DNA from: an uncultured Acidobacteriota bacterium
GTDB taxonomy: Bacteria > Acidobacteriota > Thermoanaerobaculia > Multivoradales > JAHEKO01
Direction: 5' to 3'
NCBI GenBank assembly: GCA_963713825.1
Contig: CAVQNG010000003.1
Span: 1,792,001 to 1,856,000 of the forward strand
Length of the DNA: 64,000 bases
The translations under genes and the position numbers were made by a program. Every line of letters starts with the position of its first letter. Positions within the stretch are counted from its first letter, which is position 1. Positions 38,263-48,279 of this stretch are shown piece by piece. Below the pieces are notes generated by a model. The model did not search any database. It was not told the origin of the DNA and saw only the letters and a list, made by a program, of their open reading frames with translations.

Positions 38263-40875
38263 ATGATCGACGATTCCATAGCGCACTACCAAATCCTCCG
38301 CAAGCTCGGTAAGGGCGGCATGGGGGAGGTGTTTCTCGCGCGAGACGAGAAGCTGGGGCGCAAAGTGGCCCTCAAAGTCCTGCCACCGGAGGCGGCGGGG
38401 AATCAAGAGAGACTCGAGCGTTTCCGGCGCGAGGCCAAGGCCGTCGCGGCGTTGAACCACCCCAACATCGTCACGATCTATTCGGTCGAGGAGGTCGACG
38501 GCCTGCACTTCCTGACGATGGAGTACGTGGAAGGCAAGACGCTGTCGGAGGTGGTTCCGAAGAGCGGTCTCAGCCTGGAGCGCTTCTTCGAGATCGCCGG
38601 TTCCCTAGCGGATGCCCTGAGCAAGGCTCACGAAAAGGGGATCATCCATCGCGACCTGAAGCCCCGCAACGTGATGGTGGATCGAGATGGGCGGATTCGA
38701 GTCCTCGATTTCGGTCTGGCCAAGCTGCTTCCGACCCAGCGCAGGGAGGATGTGGATCTCGACTCGACACAGCCGACCGAGGTGCTGACGGGCGAGGGGA
38801 AGGTAGTCGGAACGACGCCCTTCATGTCACCGGAGCAACTCCGGGGTCGTCCGCTGGACGCGCGATCCGACATCTTCTCCCTGGGCATTCTGCTGTATTG
38901 GATGTCGACGGGCCGCCATCCTTTCAGTCGTGACAGCTCGGCCGATGTCATCTCCGCGATCCTCACCTCCAACCCGCCTCCGGTGACTGAAATCAAGGAG
39001 GACATGCCACGCCATCTCGGGCGTGTCATCCGGCACTGTCTAGAGAAGGACCCTTCGCAGCGGTTCCAGACAGCCCTCGATGTGCGCAACGAGCTCGAGG
39101 CGCTGCGAGAGGAAGTGTCGAGTGGTACAGCAACTGTCAGCTCGGAGTCCCTGTTCCCAGCCGAGCCCGAGAAGCGATCGAGGCGCTGGCGTGGCCTGGC
39201 CCTGGCGGCTGTATCCGTGGTCGCAATCCTGGTGGGGCTTCTGGTTGTGCGCAGCTGTGCGAGCCCGCCCCAGGATCTCAGGACTCTGGCAGTGCTGCCG
39301 TTCGCCAACCTGACAGGCGATCCCGAGAACGACCACCTGGGAGAGGTCTTCAGCAGCGGCCTGACGTACGAGCTCTCGGGCCGGTATGGCCTCCAGACGG
39401 TGGGTCGATCCGAAGTCGCGAGCCTTATTGGGAATGGTGTCGGAGCGTCCGAGTTTGGCAAGCGACTGGGTGTTGGCTCTGTCGTCGACGGCGAGATTCT
39501 TCGCGAAGGCGACCGGCGAAGAGTCGTGGTCAGCTTGACGGACACGGCTAACGGTTTCGTGCTGTGGTCGGAGCCCTATTCCTCCTCAGAGCCGGGCCTT
39601 GTCGCGCTGCAAGAGGAGGTGGCCAGAGATCTCGGTGCGCTGCTGTCGATTCCAATGACCCCAAGGCAGCGACGGCGACTGAGGAAGAACCCGGCTGAAC
39701 TGACCCGCGCCTACTCTCACTATGTGCGGGGCCAGAGGTTTCTCGATCAAGCGGATGATCCGAGTGGGCCGGAATCCGCCGCGGACAATTTCCGACAGGC
39801 AATCCGGTTGCACCCGGAATTCGCCATCGCTCACGCCAGCCTGAGCGAGGCCCTGTGGCAGATGTACCATCGGGACCTGGACCCGCAGCTTCTCGAGCAG
39901 GCTGAAATCGAAGCCAATCTAGCCCTCGAGCAGGCTCCGGACCTGCCCGCTGCGCGAATCGCCCTTTCCCGGGTGCTCCGGAGCACGGGTCAGGTGTCAG
40001 CCTCGATTGAAGTCCTGGAGCAGGCCATCGCCGATCATCCGAACCCGGATGAGGCCTACAGAGAGCTTGCCGCGGGCTACGAGCGAATCGGCGAGTTGGA
40101 GCCGGCGGAGAGCTATTACAGGACCGCCGCCGCGCTCAACGAGAGCGATTGGCTGAACTGGAATCGCCTCGGAGCGCTGCTCGCTGAGCTCGGGCGTTAC
40201 GATGAGGCGCGGGTTGCTTTTCAGCGTGCAGTAGACGTGGCTCCAGAACACATTTACCGTCCGCTCGAGAACCTCGGAACCCTCTACGTCTATGAAGCCG
40301 ACTACGAGACGGCGATCGAGATTTACGAGAAGATCCCAGAGCCCATACCGTACGCGCTGCTAGCCACCAATATCGCCACGGCTTACTTCTTCAAGGGTGA
40401 CATGGACCAGGCGGTCGGGAACTTCGCTCTGGCCGTGAAGCTGGATCCCAAAGATGCGGCGCTGCGGCGAAACCACGGTGACGTGCTGTTGCGCATGGGC
40501 GACCGCGAGGCGGCGGCGGCCGAGTACCGTGAGGCGGTGGCCCTGATGGACGAGGAGTTATCCGTCAATCCGGGGGACGGTGAACTTTTGCTCCACCGTG
40601 CCATGTATTCAGCCAAAGCGGGCGACTGCGAAAGCGCCGTGTCGGAGGCGACCGAGTTGAAGGCGACTCTCCCGAAGACGGCATTCGGAGCGCACGAGCT
40701 CGCCTACATATACGCCCTCTGTGGGACGCGTGAGATGGCGCTGGTGGCCGTCCGCGAGGCGATCGATCTGGGGATCAACCCCGAGCTGATGGCTCAAGAG
40801 GACGAGTTCGCCTCACTCCAAGACGATCCGGAGTTCCAGGCCTTGACCGGTGGCGGGCCAGAGAGCCCGAGCTAG
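38263..40875 (+). CDS. Ser/Thr protein kinase with TM helix, TolB-like domain and TPRs
   Basis: HYQILRKLGKGGMGEV, HRDLKPRN, DFG, SPEQ; LAVLPFANLTGD; TPRs. Start re-assigned to ATG 38263. Confidence 0.93.
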   Translation: MIDDSIAHYQILRKLGKGGMGEVFLARDEKLGRKVALKVLPPEAAGNQERLERFRREAKAVAALNHPNIVTIYSVEEVDGLHFLTMEYVEGKTLSEVVPKSGLSLERFFEIAGSLADALSKAHEKGIIHRDLKPRNVMVDRDGRIRVLDFGLAKLLPTQRREDVDLDSTQPTEVLTGEGKVVGTTPFMSPEQLRGRPLDARSDIFSLGILLYWMSTGRHPFSRDSSADVISAILTSNPPPVTEIKEDMPRHLGRVIRHCLEKDPSQRFQTALDVRNELEALREEVSSGTATVSSESLFPAEPEKRSRRWRGLALAAVSVVAILVGLLVVRSCASPPQDLRTLAVLPFANLTGDPENDHLGEVFSSGLTYELSGRYGLQTVGRSEVASLIGNGVGASEFGKRLGVGSVVDGEILREGDRRRVVVSLTDTANGFVLWSEPYSSSEPGLVALQEEVARDLGALLSIPMTPRQRRRLRKNPAELTRAYSHYVRGQRFLDQADDPSGPESAADNFRQAIRLHPEFAIAHASLSEALWQMYHRDLDPQLLEQAEIEANLALEQAPDLPAARIALSRVLRSTGQVSASIEVLEQAIADHPNPDEAYRELAAGYERIGELEPAESYYRTAAALNESDWLNWNRLGALLAELGRYDEARVAFQRAVDVAPEHIYRPLENLGTLYVYEADYETAIEIYEKIPEPIPYALLATNIATAYFFKGDMDQAVGNFALAVKLDPKDAALRRNHGDVLLRMGDREAAAAEYREAVALMDEELSVNPGDGELLLHRAMYSAKAGDCESAVSEATELKATLPKTAFGAHELAYIYALCGTREMALVAVREAIDLGINPELMAQEDEFASLQDDPEFQALTGGGPESPS

Positions 40876-40935
40876 ATCCAGGTGGCCGGGCTTGGTGTTT
40901 CGAGCCGCGCCTTCACGAGACCCGTGGATCTTTGC

Positions 40936-41349
40936 CTAAGGATGAATGATGGCTCCGGGATCGGAACTCGCGATCAAATTTCCCTCACCGTCAAAAAGCT
41001 CGACGACATAGGTCCAGTATGTGCCAGGGGTCGTGTCGTCATCGGGCGGCCCACTGAGTGCCCCGTTATTCGGATAATGGATGTCGACCGGAACATTCGA
41101 AAAGCACGCGAAGGTCTCATCTCTGATCCTGAGCATTTGATCTGGCTCCAAATCATCGACGACTACCCATTCGAGTTCTTGTCCATCACAAAACGGCTTC
41201 TTGCCAATAATGGGAGGGTTCTTGGGCGCCACGACTATCCTGAAAATCCCCTCTGCTTTCTTCTTCCCCGTGACTATGATGTTCACCCGCCTCGTTTGTG
41301 GGGGTTGATCAATAGTGATCGCTCGGCCTTTGTTGCCATCCGTCATCAT
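40936..41349 (-). CDS. Small hypothetical beta-rich protein ending DPGAIIHP
   Basis: Strong RBS GAAGGAGGG; 137 aa; YWTYVVELF...SSDPGAIIHP. Confidence 0.7.
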   Translation of the reverse strand: MMTDGNKGRAITIDQPPQTRRVNIIVTGKKKAEGIFRIVVAPKNPPIIGKKPFCDGQELEWVVVDDLEPDQMLRIRDETFACFSNVPVDIHYPNNGALSGPPDDDTTPGTYWTYVVELFDGEGNLIASSDPGAIIHP

Positions 41350-41604
41350 CGCCCTCCTTCCCAGAGGAAAAATCCTCGCGGGGCATATGCCCCGGTTGCT
41401 AGGCTATTCAAATTGTCGCGAGCTCCCTAGACACTAGGACCCTGGGGTCGCCGCGTCAAGTCGAGCCAGCTTCTGGTTGGTCCCCGTCCCACCCCAATGG
41501 GTGTTGCGGAAGAGGCCCCGATCGGCAGACCCTGTGTTCGGTTGCCGAGGGGCTGGTGCCAAAGGAAGACCTGAATGGAACAGGGCAAAGAGAGGGAGCA
41601 GACC

Positions 41605-42903
41605 ATGCAAATCTGGCGCATCTGGATGTTGAGCATTCTCGCGTTGTTCCTGGCGACAAGTGGGGCAGTAGCAGAAGTCATCGCGATCAAGGCCGACCGG
41701 CTTATCGATGGGACGGGAGCGGCCACCGTTGAGAATGCAGTTCTGTTGGTCGAGGGAGACCGGATTGTAGCTGTTGGAGCGGCAGCCGATTTGCTGATTC
41801 CGCCAGCAGCCCGAGTGATCGACCTGAAGGGGTACACCATTCTTCCGGGCCTCATGGACTGCCATGTGCACATTAGCGGTGCACCGGGCGACGGCGGCGA
41901 CACCCAGAAGCTTCGAGAATCCGAGGCTCACGAGGCGATCTACAGTGTCGCCCACGCCAAGATCACCCTCGAGGCGGGGTTCACGACGATTCGCAACGTC
42001 GGTGCGGGCAACTACTCCGATGCGGCCCTGCGAGACTTGATCGCCAAAGGAGTGGTGCCAGGGCCTCGGATGTACGTCGCCACCCGAGGCGTGGGAGCCA
42101 CCGGTGGGCATGCCGACATCAATGGTTGGAACCCAGCGCTCAATCTGCCCGGGTACGCCCAGATCGCCGACGGGGTGGATGAGCTGCGCAAGGCCATCCG
42201 GACCCAGATCAAGTATGGCGCCGATGTCATCAAGATCACGGCCACGGGAGGGGTCCTCTCAGCTGGCACCTCCCTCGACGAGCAGCAATACACCCTCGAA
42301 GAGCTTGCAGCCGTGGTCGAGACCGCTGGCAACCTGGGAGTCAAGGTTGCGGCCCATGCCCACTCGCCGGCCGGCATGAACGACGCTATCCGCGCCGGTG
42401 TGGCCTCGATCGAGCACGGCAGCCTGGTGGACGACGAGGGCATTGAGCTCATGCTCGAGCATGGAACCTACCTGGTTCCGACCCTCTACACCCTGGACTT
42501 CATCATCGAAGAGGGCGAGGCCTGGGGCATTCCGCAGTACTCCATCGACAAGGCTGCATCCATGGCGGTGCAGCAGCGCGAGCGTCTCCGCAAAGCCTAT
42601 GAGGCCGGTGTGAAGTTCGCTTACGGTACCGACGCCGCGGTCTTTCCCCACGGCTTGAACGCCAAGGATTTCGAGATTCTGGTGGAAGAGCTCGGGGTGC
42701 CGCCGATGGCAGCGATTGGCATGGCCACCCTTGATTCGGCCGAGCTGATCGGCATCTCAGAGGACGTCGGGACCCTGGAGTCTGGCAAGTGGGCGGATGT
42801 GATCGCTGTTGCCGGTAACCCACTCGAGGACATTACGCTCCTGGAGGACGTTCGCTTTGTGATGAAGGGTGGCGTGGTCTACAAGTCTCCACTCGCTGAG
42901 TAG
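41605..42903 (+). CDS. Secreted metal-dependent amidohydrolase (Xaa-Pro dipeptidase-like)
   Basis: Signal peptide; PGLMDCHVH, GFTTIR, AHAH, SIEHG and GTDA. Confidence 0.9.
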   Translation: MQIWRIWMLSILALFLATSGAVAEVIAIKADRLIDGTGAATVENAVLLVEGDRIVAVGAAADLLIPPAARVIDLKGYTILPGLMDCHVHISGAPGDGGDTQKLRESEAHEAIYSVAHAKITLEAGFTTIRNVGAGNYSDAALRDLIAKGVVPGPRMYVATRGVGATGGHADINGWNPALNLPGYAQIADGVDELRKAIRTQIKYGADVIKITATGGVLSAGTSLDEQQYTLEELAAVVETAGNLGVKVAAHAHSPAGMNDAIRAGVASIEHGSLVDDEGIELMLEHGTYLVPTLYTLDFIIEEGEAWGIPQYSIDKAASMAVQQRERLRKAYEAGVKFAYGTDAAVFPHGLNAKDFEILVEELGVPPMAAIGMATLDSAELIGISEDVGTLESGKWADVIAVAGNPLEDITLLEDVRFVMKGGVVYKSPLAE

Positions 42904-42982
42904 GTGGCCGGCACTCGCATTTGCACCCTGAGGTAGATACCCGAGTCGGACGGATAGACTGGTCGTTCTGGAGGTCAACACG

Positions 42983-44629
42983 ATGCGAAACCGCTTCAGC
43001 CTGGTGATAGCTATTCTCTCCCTGTCGGTCCTCTGTCTATCGTCCTCGTTAGCAGCCTCGGCGTCTGTCGACAGCCCGACAGGCTACGACGAGCTCGTCC
43101 AGCTGTTTACGGACTGGCGCGAGTTCCAGCAGCCGGTGTTTCGGGATGGAGTGCCCGACTACACACCCCCTGCGATGGAGCGACAGCATCAGGAGCTGGC
43201 GAAGTACCAGCAGCGACTGGCGGCCATCGATACCTCTGGTTGGCCGGTGGAGCAGCAGATCGACAGCCTCCTGGTGGGCGCCGAGATGAATGGTCTCGAC
43301 TTCGATCACCGGGTCCTGCAGCCCTGGCTCAGGGATCCGGGCTTCTATGCGGTGGTGATCGATGCGGAGAGCGACACCCCCTTGCGTGAAGGTCCTGTGA
43401 TGGGCGGGGCGATCGAGCTCTGGCGACTGAGATTTCCATTGGCCGACGCGGAACTGGCGCCTTTGCAGGCGCGTCTGCAAGCCATACCGGCAGTTCTCGA
43501 GCAGGCCAGGGAGAATCTGGTGGGCAACGCCAGGGATCTCTGGCAGCTCGGCATCTGGACCCAGGATGGTCAGATCGCGATTCTCGGAGACCTCGCAGAG
43601 CAGCTTCGGCCCACACATCCCGAGCTCGTCCCCGACATCGAGCAAGCCCGCCAAGCTGTCAGTGACTTCAAGGCCTGGCTCGAGGAGCAGCTACCGACGA
43701 AGAACGGTCCCTCGGGTGTTGGCGTCGAGAACTACACCTGGTACCTGCGCAACGTCCATCTCGTGCCCTACAGCTGGGAGGACGAGCTGCAGCTGATGGA
43801 GCGGGAGCTCGCCCGTTCGATCGCCCATATGAAGCTCGAGGAGCATCGCAACCGCGAGCTGCCACCACTCGAGCCACCCGCCAATGACGAGGAGTGGCAG
43901 GCGCGGGCCGGCGCTGCAATCGAGGACTTCTTGCGTTTCCTCGACGAAGAAGCAGTCATGGAGGTCGAGGACTACATGGAGCCAGCACTTCGGGAACGCG
44001 TGGCACCGTACGCTCCGCCCGAGGCGCGGCATTTCTTCGCGCAGGTCGATCTGCGGGACCCGCGGGTCATGCGTTGCCATCACATTCATTGGATCGACAA
44101 GGCAAGGATGAGAGAGGACCCCCATTCCAGCCCGATCCGCCGGGTGCCACTGCTGTACAACATCTGGGACAGCCGAGCCGAAGGGCTGGCGACCGGCTGG
44201 GAGGAGATGATGGCGAGCGCCGGCCTCTTCGATGACAGTCCACGCAGCCGTGAGCTCGTCTACATCATGGTCGCTCAACGAGCGGCACGGGCGATCGCCG
44301 GTCTCCGGGTGCAGAGCAACGAATGGTCGGTCGACGAGGCGGTGGTCTTTGCAGCCGAGCAGACTCCGCGAGGGTGGTTCCGGGCGGATGGCAATCTCGT
44401 CCTTTTCGAGCAGCAGCTCTACCTCCAGCAGCCCGGCTACGGCACCAGCTATCTCACCGGCAAGGCGCTCATCGAAGACCTGCTCGCCGAGCGTGCTCTC
44501 CAGCTTGGCGACGCGTTCGTCCTCAAAGACGTCATGGAAGAGTTCTTTGCCACTGGAGTCATCCCCGTTTCATTGATCCGCTGGGAGATGACCGGCCTCC
44601 GCGACCCGATCCTGATGCCCGGCGACTAG
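42983..44629 (+). CDS. DUF885 family secreted protein
   Basis: Signal peptide; AEGLATGWEE and QPGYGTSYLTGK. Confidence 0.78.
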   Translation: MRNRFSLVIAILSLSVLCLSSSLAASASVDSPTGYDELVQLFTDWREFQQPVFRDGVPDYTPPAMERQHQELAKYQQRLAAIDTSGWPVEQQIDSLLVGAEMNGLDFDHRVLQPWLRDPGFYAVVIDAESDTPLREGPVMGGAIELWRLRFPLADAELAPLQARLQAIPAVLEQARENLVGNARDLWQLGIWTQDGQIAILGDLAEQLRPTHPELVPDIEQARQAVSDFKAWLEEQLPTKNGPSGVGVENYTWYLRNVHLVPYSWEDELQLMERELARSIAHMKLEEHRNRELPPLEPPANDEEWQARAGAAIEDFLRFLDEEAVMEVEDYMEPALRERVAPYAPPEARHFFAQVDLRDPRVMRCHHIHWIDKARMREDPHSSPIRRVPLLYNIWDSRAEGLATGWEEMMASAGLFDDSPRSRELVYIMVAQRAARAIAGLRVQSNEWSVDEAVVFAAEQTPRGWFRADGNLVLFEQQLYLQQPGYGTSYLTGKALIEDLLAERALQLGDAFVLKDVMEEFFATGVIPVSLIRWEMTGLRDPILMPGD

Positions 44630-44748
44630 CTTCGACTCCTGCTCTATACTGGCCCGCACAACTGTGATCAGCGAGGGGGAAAGTCGCTTTCGAAACGTGC
44701 CCGGGACCTCTTCGACGCTCGGGCGTTCGGCCTGCTAGGCTGGATGGG

Positions 44749-45726
44749 ATGTCGGGTGATGTCAGGGCCGACCCACGGTTCGTTCGCCCGCGGAGCGAAT
44801 TCACTCCAGCGTACCTGAGCACCTGGGAGTCGGGGCGCCTCACCGGAAAGGTAGAGGAAGCTTTGGAGGAACTCCGAGTCTGCCGGGTCTGTCCTCGGGA
44901 TTGCGACGTCGATCGGCTGGCCGACGAGCGGGCGATCTGCAAGACGGGTCGCTGGGCGCGTGTCGCAAGCGCGTTTCCCCACCACGGCGAGGAAGACTGC
45001 CTGCGAGGATCCCGAGGCTCGGGGACGATCTTCTTCTCGCACTGCAATCTGCGCTGCGTCTTCTGCCAGAACCACGACATCTCCTGGGAAGGGAGTGGGA
45101 GGGAGGTGGCAGCGGAGGAGCTGGCGGCTCTCATGCTCGAGCTCCAGGATCTGGGTTGTCACAACATCAATTTCGTGACGCCGGAACATGTGGTCCCCCA
45201 GGTACTCGAAGGAGTGCAGATCGCAGTAGGCAGGGGACTGCGTTTGCCGCTGGTCTACAACACCAGTGGCTACGACTCGCTGCGCTCCATCGAGCTGCTG
45301 GATGGCGTTATCGACATCTACATGCCCGACTTCAAGTTCTGGGACGACGGCACAGCCCGTCGTCTGGTCCTGGCGGAGGACTACCCCGAGCGGGCTCGCG
45401 ACGCCTTCCGGGCCATGCACCGCCAGGCGGGAGACCTGGTCTTCGATGAGGAGGGCATTGCTTTGCGCGGCCTGCTGGTCCGCCACCTGGTCATGCCGGA
45501 GGGCCTGGCAGGAACCCGTGGAATCACGCGGTTTCTCGCCCACGAGCTCTCCCCCGATACCTTCGTCAACATCATGGGCCAGTACTCACCCGCCGGTCAG
45601 GTCGTCAAGAAATCCGGCCAATACTCGGAGATCGGCCGCCGCATCACCCACACAGAGTACCTGGAAGCCTTCGAGGTCGCCGTCGAAGAGGGCCTCCACC
45701 GCTTTGATCACCGCCCGTACCTCTGA
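44749..45726 (+). CDS. pflX: Radical SAM protein, PflX family
   Basis: CRVCPRDC, HHGEEDCL.G.RGSGTIFF, CNLRCVFC, NINFVTP, DIYMPDFK and VRHLVMP. Confidence 0.9.
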   Translation: MSGDVRADPRFVRPRSEFTPAYLSTWESGRLTGKVEEALEELRVCRVCPRDCDVDRLADERAICKTGRWARVASAFPHHGEEDCLRGSRGSGTIFFSHCNLRCVFCQNHDISWEGSGREVAAEELAALMLELQDLGCHNINFVTPEHVVPQVLEGVQIAVGRGLRLPLVYNTSGYDSLRSIELLDGVIDIYMPDFKFWDDGTARRLVLAEDYPERARDAFRAMHRQAGDLVFDEEGIALRGLLVRHLVMPEGLAGTRGITRFLAHELSPDTFVNIMGQYSPAGQVVKKSGQYSEIGRRITHTEYLEAFEVAVEEGLHRFDHRPYL

Positions 45727-45839
45727 GCCATCCCAGCACTCCGGCACCTATCTTGCGTTCTACCCATGAGAGAGAGTGGGTTATGAACGATTTGACCGTT
45801 TATGATAGAGTCGGGGGAGCTTGAAAGGAAACAACCGTC

Positions 45840-46592
45840 ATGAATTCAGGACTTGTAGTCTCGTTGAAGGACAGAAGGATCGGAGCGCTGCTGGCGTTGT
45901 CCGTACTGTTTCTCACTGCCCTGGCCTTATTGTTGCCAGCGGATTCACCGGCCAATGACTTCGATCAGATCGTTGCAGCTGCGTTCGATCAAGCCATTGG
46001 AGAGGTTCAGATTTCAGAGATCGATGTCAGTTCCCTGACGATTTCGGAGCAGGAGCTCCTGCCGGTGTTTCCCGAGGTAGAAGGGGATAATCTGGAGCAG
46101 AGGAGCTTTCGCCTGCCGAGCGATTTCGAAGGTGAAGCCAATCTGGTCTTCATCGCCTTTCGCCGCCCTCAGCAAGCCGAGGTCGAAAGCTGGCTGCCGC
46201 TCACGAAGGACCTGGTCGAGAGGCATGCGGGTCTGCGGTTCTACGAGCTTCCCACCATTTCGGCCCGCAATGGCATGGCTCGCTACTTTATCGACAACAG
46301 TATGCGGCAGGCCATCCAAGACCGCAAAGCGCGAGAGCTCACGATCCCCCTTTATCTCGACAAGGAGCCATTTCTTCAGGCACTCGACATCCCCGATGAA
46401 GAGTCGATCCATGTTCTACTGGTCGGTAAAGAGGGTCGGATCCACTGGCGAGCCGAGGGTGCTCTGACCGAAGAATCCGCTGTGGGTCTAGAGAGGGCTC
46501 TGGCGAGGCGATTGCAGGCCAGGGCGAAGGTTGCCAGCTACGATTTCTTGGATGCCGCACCGCTCCTTGAATTCGCTTTTCTGGAGGAGTAG
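45840..46592 (+). CDS. Exported thioredoxin-fold protein, ATP10-like
   Basis: N-terminal hydrophobic segment; FPEVEGDNL...LPSDFEG..NLVFIAF..QQAEVESW and GRIHWRAEG. Confidence 0.65.
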   Translation: MNSGLVVSLKDRRIGALLALSVLFLTALALLLPADSPANDFDQIVAAAFDQAIGEVQISEIDVSSLTISEQELLPVFPEVEGDNLEQRSFRLPSDFEGEANLVFIAFRRPQQAEVESWLPLTKDLVERHAGLRFYELPTISARNGMARYFIDNSMRQAIQDRKARELTIPLYLDKEPFLQALDIPDEESIHVLLVGKEGRIHWRAEGALTEESAVGLERALARRLQARAKVASYDFLDAAPLLEFAFLEE

Positions 46593-46629
46593 CGTCGGGC
46601 ATCAAACGACGAAGGAAGGAGTCGTCCCG

Positions 46630-46854
46630 ATGCGCTACCCGGACCCGCGCCTACCGGTGGGGGAGACACTTCTCAGCACCCTGAGAAGGCTGCCCTCACC
46701 TAGATCCAACGCAGCAGCTCCGTTCTACGAGCGTCCCTGGAAGCTGAGAACAACCGTGCCTTCGGACCCGGCTGAGTGCGGCTGTCTCGAGCGTGGCCAA
46801 TCGGAGCTCATGCACCTGCTGAAGACACTCGAGTCCTACCGAGTAGAGCCCTAG
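46630..46854 (+). CDS. Small hypothetical protein (74 aa)
   Basis: RBS-like AAGGAAGGAG before ATG 46630; no recognisable motif. Confidence 0.4.
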   Translation: MRYPDPRLPVGETLLSTLRRLPSPRSNAAAPFYERPWKLRTTVPSDPAECGCLERGQSELMHLLKTLESYRVEP

Positions 46855-46903
46855 GGTTTCTCCAGGATTCCGTTTCGCCACCCTCGAGCGAGGGGAGCTG
46901 CTC

Positions 46904-48169
46904 TCAGCGCCAGACCAGCGGTCGCTGGACCACCGACGACCAGGCTGTCGTGTCGCCCGATTCGAAGCCGTCGGAGAAGAGCGGCTCCGCCGTCTCTTCG
47001 ATGCAGTATAGGCTTGAGAAGTTGAAGTCGCAGCTGCTGGTGAAGAGCAGGGTCCAGGCACTGTCCGCCGCGTTGGCGGCGCCCGCGCGAGCTGTTTCCG
47101 TTCCGCTCGCCGAGGTCCAGTCGGAACAAGTTCCATTGTCCCGGAGTCCGTCGCTGGCGGTCGCCGTCCACACCGCAATGTATGAAGAATACCTGCCCAG
47201 CTCTGACACATTGATGGAGGCCTCGAGTGATCCGTCCAACATGTCGGCCAGCGAGTCGGCCACCTTGACGCCATCCGGGCGGACCCTGGGTCCATCGACC
47301 AGAAAGCGATCCTTGGCGTCGGTCGTCGAGTCGGAGATCCAGGCTTTGAAACTCGAAGGATTCGCGAGTGAACCTGCCGCAGCCCGGGCCTGGCAGATGG
47401 CATCGGCGGCAGCCACTCCTGTCTGGCCTCCGGCATCGGGCCAGGAGCCCAAATCTCCCGTGCCCCTCACCGAGGTCACGAAGGCGACGGCACCCGTCTC
47501 GGCGGGTGGGGTCAGCGCAGGCCCCGATCCCGGCTCGAAGCAAAAGAGGTGAGCCGCGCCGGCACACGCCGGTGATCCGGTGTTGGTCCAGCTATACGAG
47601 CCTCGAGCCGTGCTTCCCACTTGTACAGCGACCGCAGGCGTGGCGGTCCAGTCCCCGCAGGTGCTGTGATTCGTGTCCAGAGTTCCTTCTGCGTCGGTTG
47701 CCGTAAAGACCGAGCCTGGAACGGACTCGCCATCTTCGTCGGCTGCCAGGGGGTAATAGACGACGGCTTCGGGAGGAACAAGCCGGTCGATTGTTTCGCT
47801 GAACGGCAGGCCGTCGGTCCGAACCCACGGGCCAGCGGCGACGGGAAGTTGTGCCTGGCCGCAATTGGCTGACTTCTTGCCGGTGAACCCATGCAACCTG
47901 CAGTAGGCGTCATCTGTACTCGTCGAAAGCCAGGCGATGAAGGTGTCGGCGTTCTGGAGCCCCGCGTCCGTGGCGAGAGTGCGGCAGATCTCGTCGCCGG
48001 CGCTAGCCCCGACGGCACTGCCTGCTTCAGGCCAGCTGCCGAGATCGGCCGTGCCAGTCACCGAGGTGACAAAGGCGACTTTCGGCTGCTGCGCCTCGAG
48101 CGCCGACACGAAGGCGCAAGAAAAGAGAAGAATTGTCCAGAGCCGAATCCGGCTGGTCGTCGGTTGCAT
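46904..48169 (-). CDS. Secreted protein with two DUF1554/endostatin-like domains and C-terminal FSDGFESGDTTAWS tag (paralog B)
   Basis: RBS GGAGG at ATG 48169; signal peptide; two repeats of AFVTS..G.DLG.W....G..AxDxIC...A......F.AW.S. Confidence 0.82.
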   Translation of the reverse strand: MQPTTSRIRLWTILLFSCAFVSALEAQQPKVAFVTSVTGTADLGSWPEAGSAVGASAGDEICRTLATDAGLQNADTFIAWLSTSTDDAYCRLHGFTGKKSANCGQAQLPVAAGPWVRTDGLPFSETIDRLVPPEAVVYYPLAADEDGESVPGSVFTATDAEGTLDTNHSTCGDWTATPAVAVQVGSTARGSYSWTNTGSPACAGAAHLFCFEPGSGPALTPPAETGAVAFVTSVRGTGDLGSWPDAGGQTGVAAADAICQARAAAGSLANPSSFKAWISDSTTDAKDRFLVDGPRVRPDGVKVADSLADMLDGSLEASINVSELGRYSSYIAVWTATASDGLRDNGTCSDWTSASGTETARAGAANAADSAWTLLFTSSCDFNFSSLYCIEETAEPLFSDGFESGDTTAWSSVVQRPLVWR

Positions 48170-48257
48170 ACTGCCTCCTCGCCCGCCAACCGGTATCCGG
48201 AGGCAGTGTTGGTAGATCAAACTGTTCGCGGTTGCGCTGATGGGCACTCTAGCATGG

Positions 48258-48276
48258 TGCCCCCGGGGGGGGGGCA
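48258..48276 (-). terminator. GC hairpin containing a G10/C10 run just after the paralog A stop
   Basis: TGCCCCC/GGGGGCA stem; no U-tract. Confidence 0.35.
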
Positions 48277-48279
48277 TTC

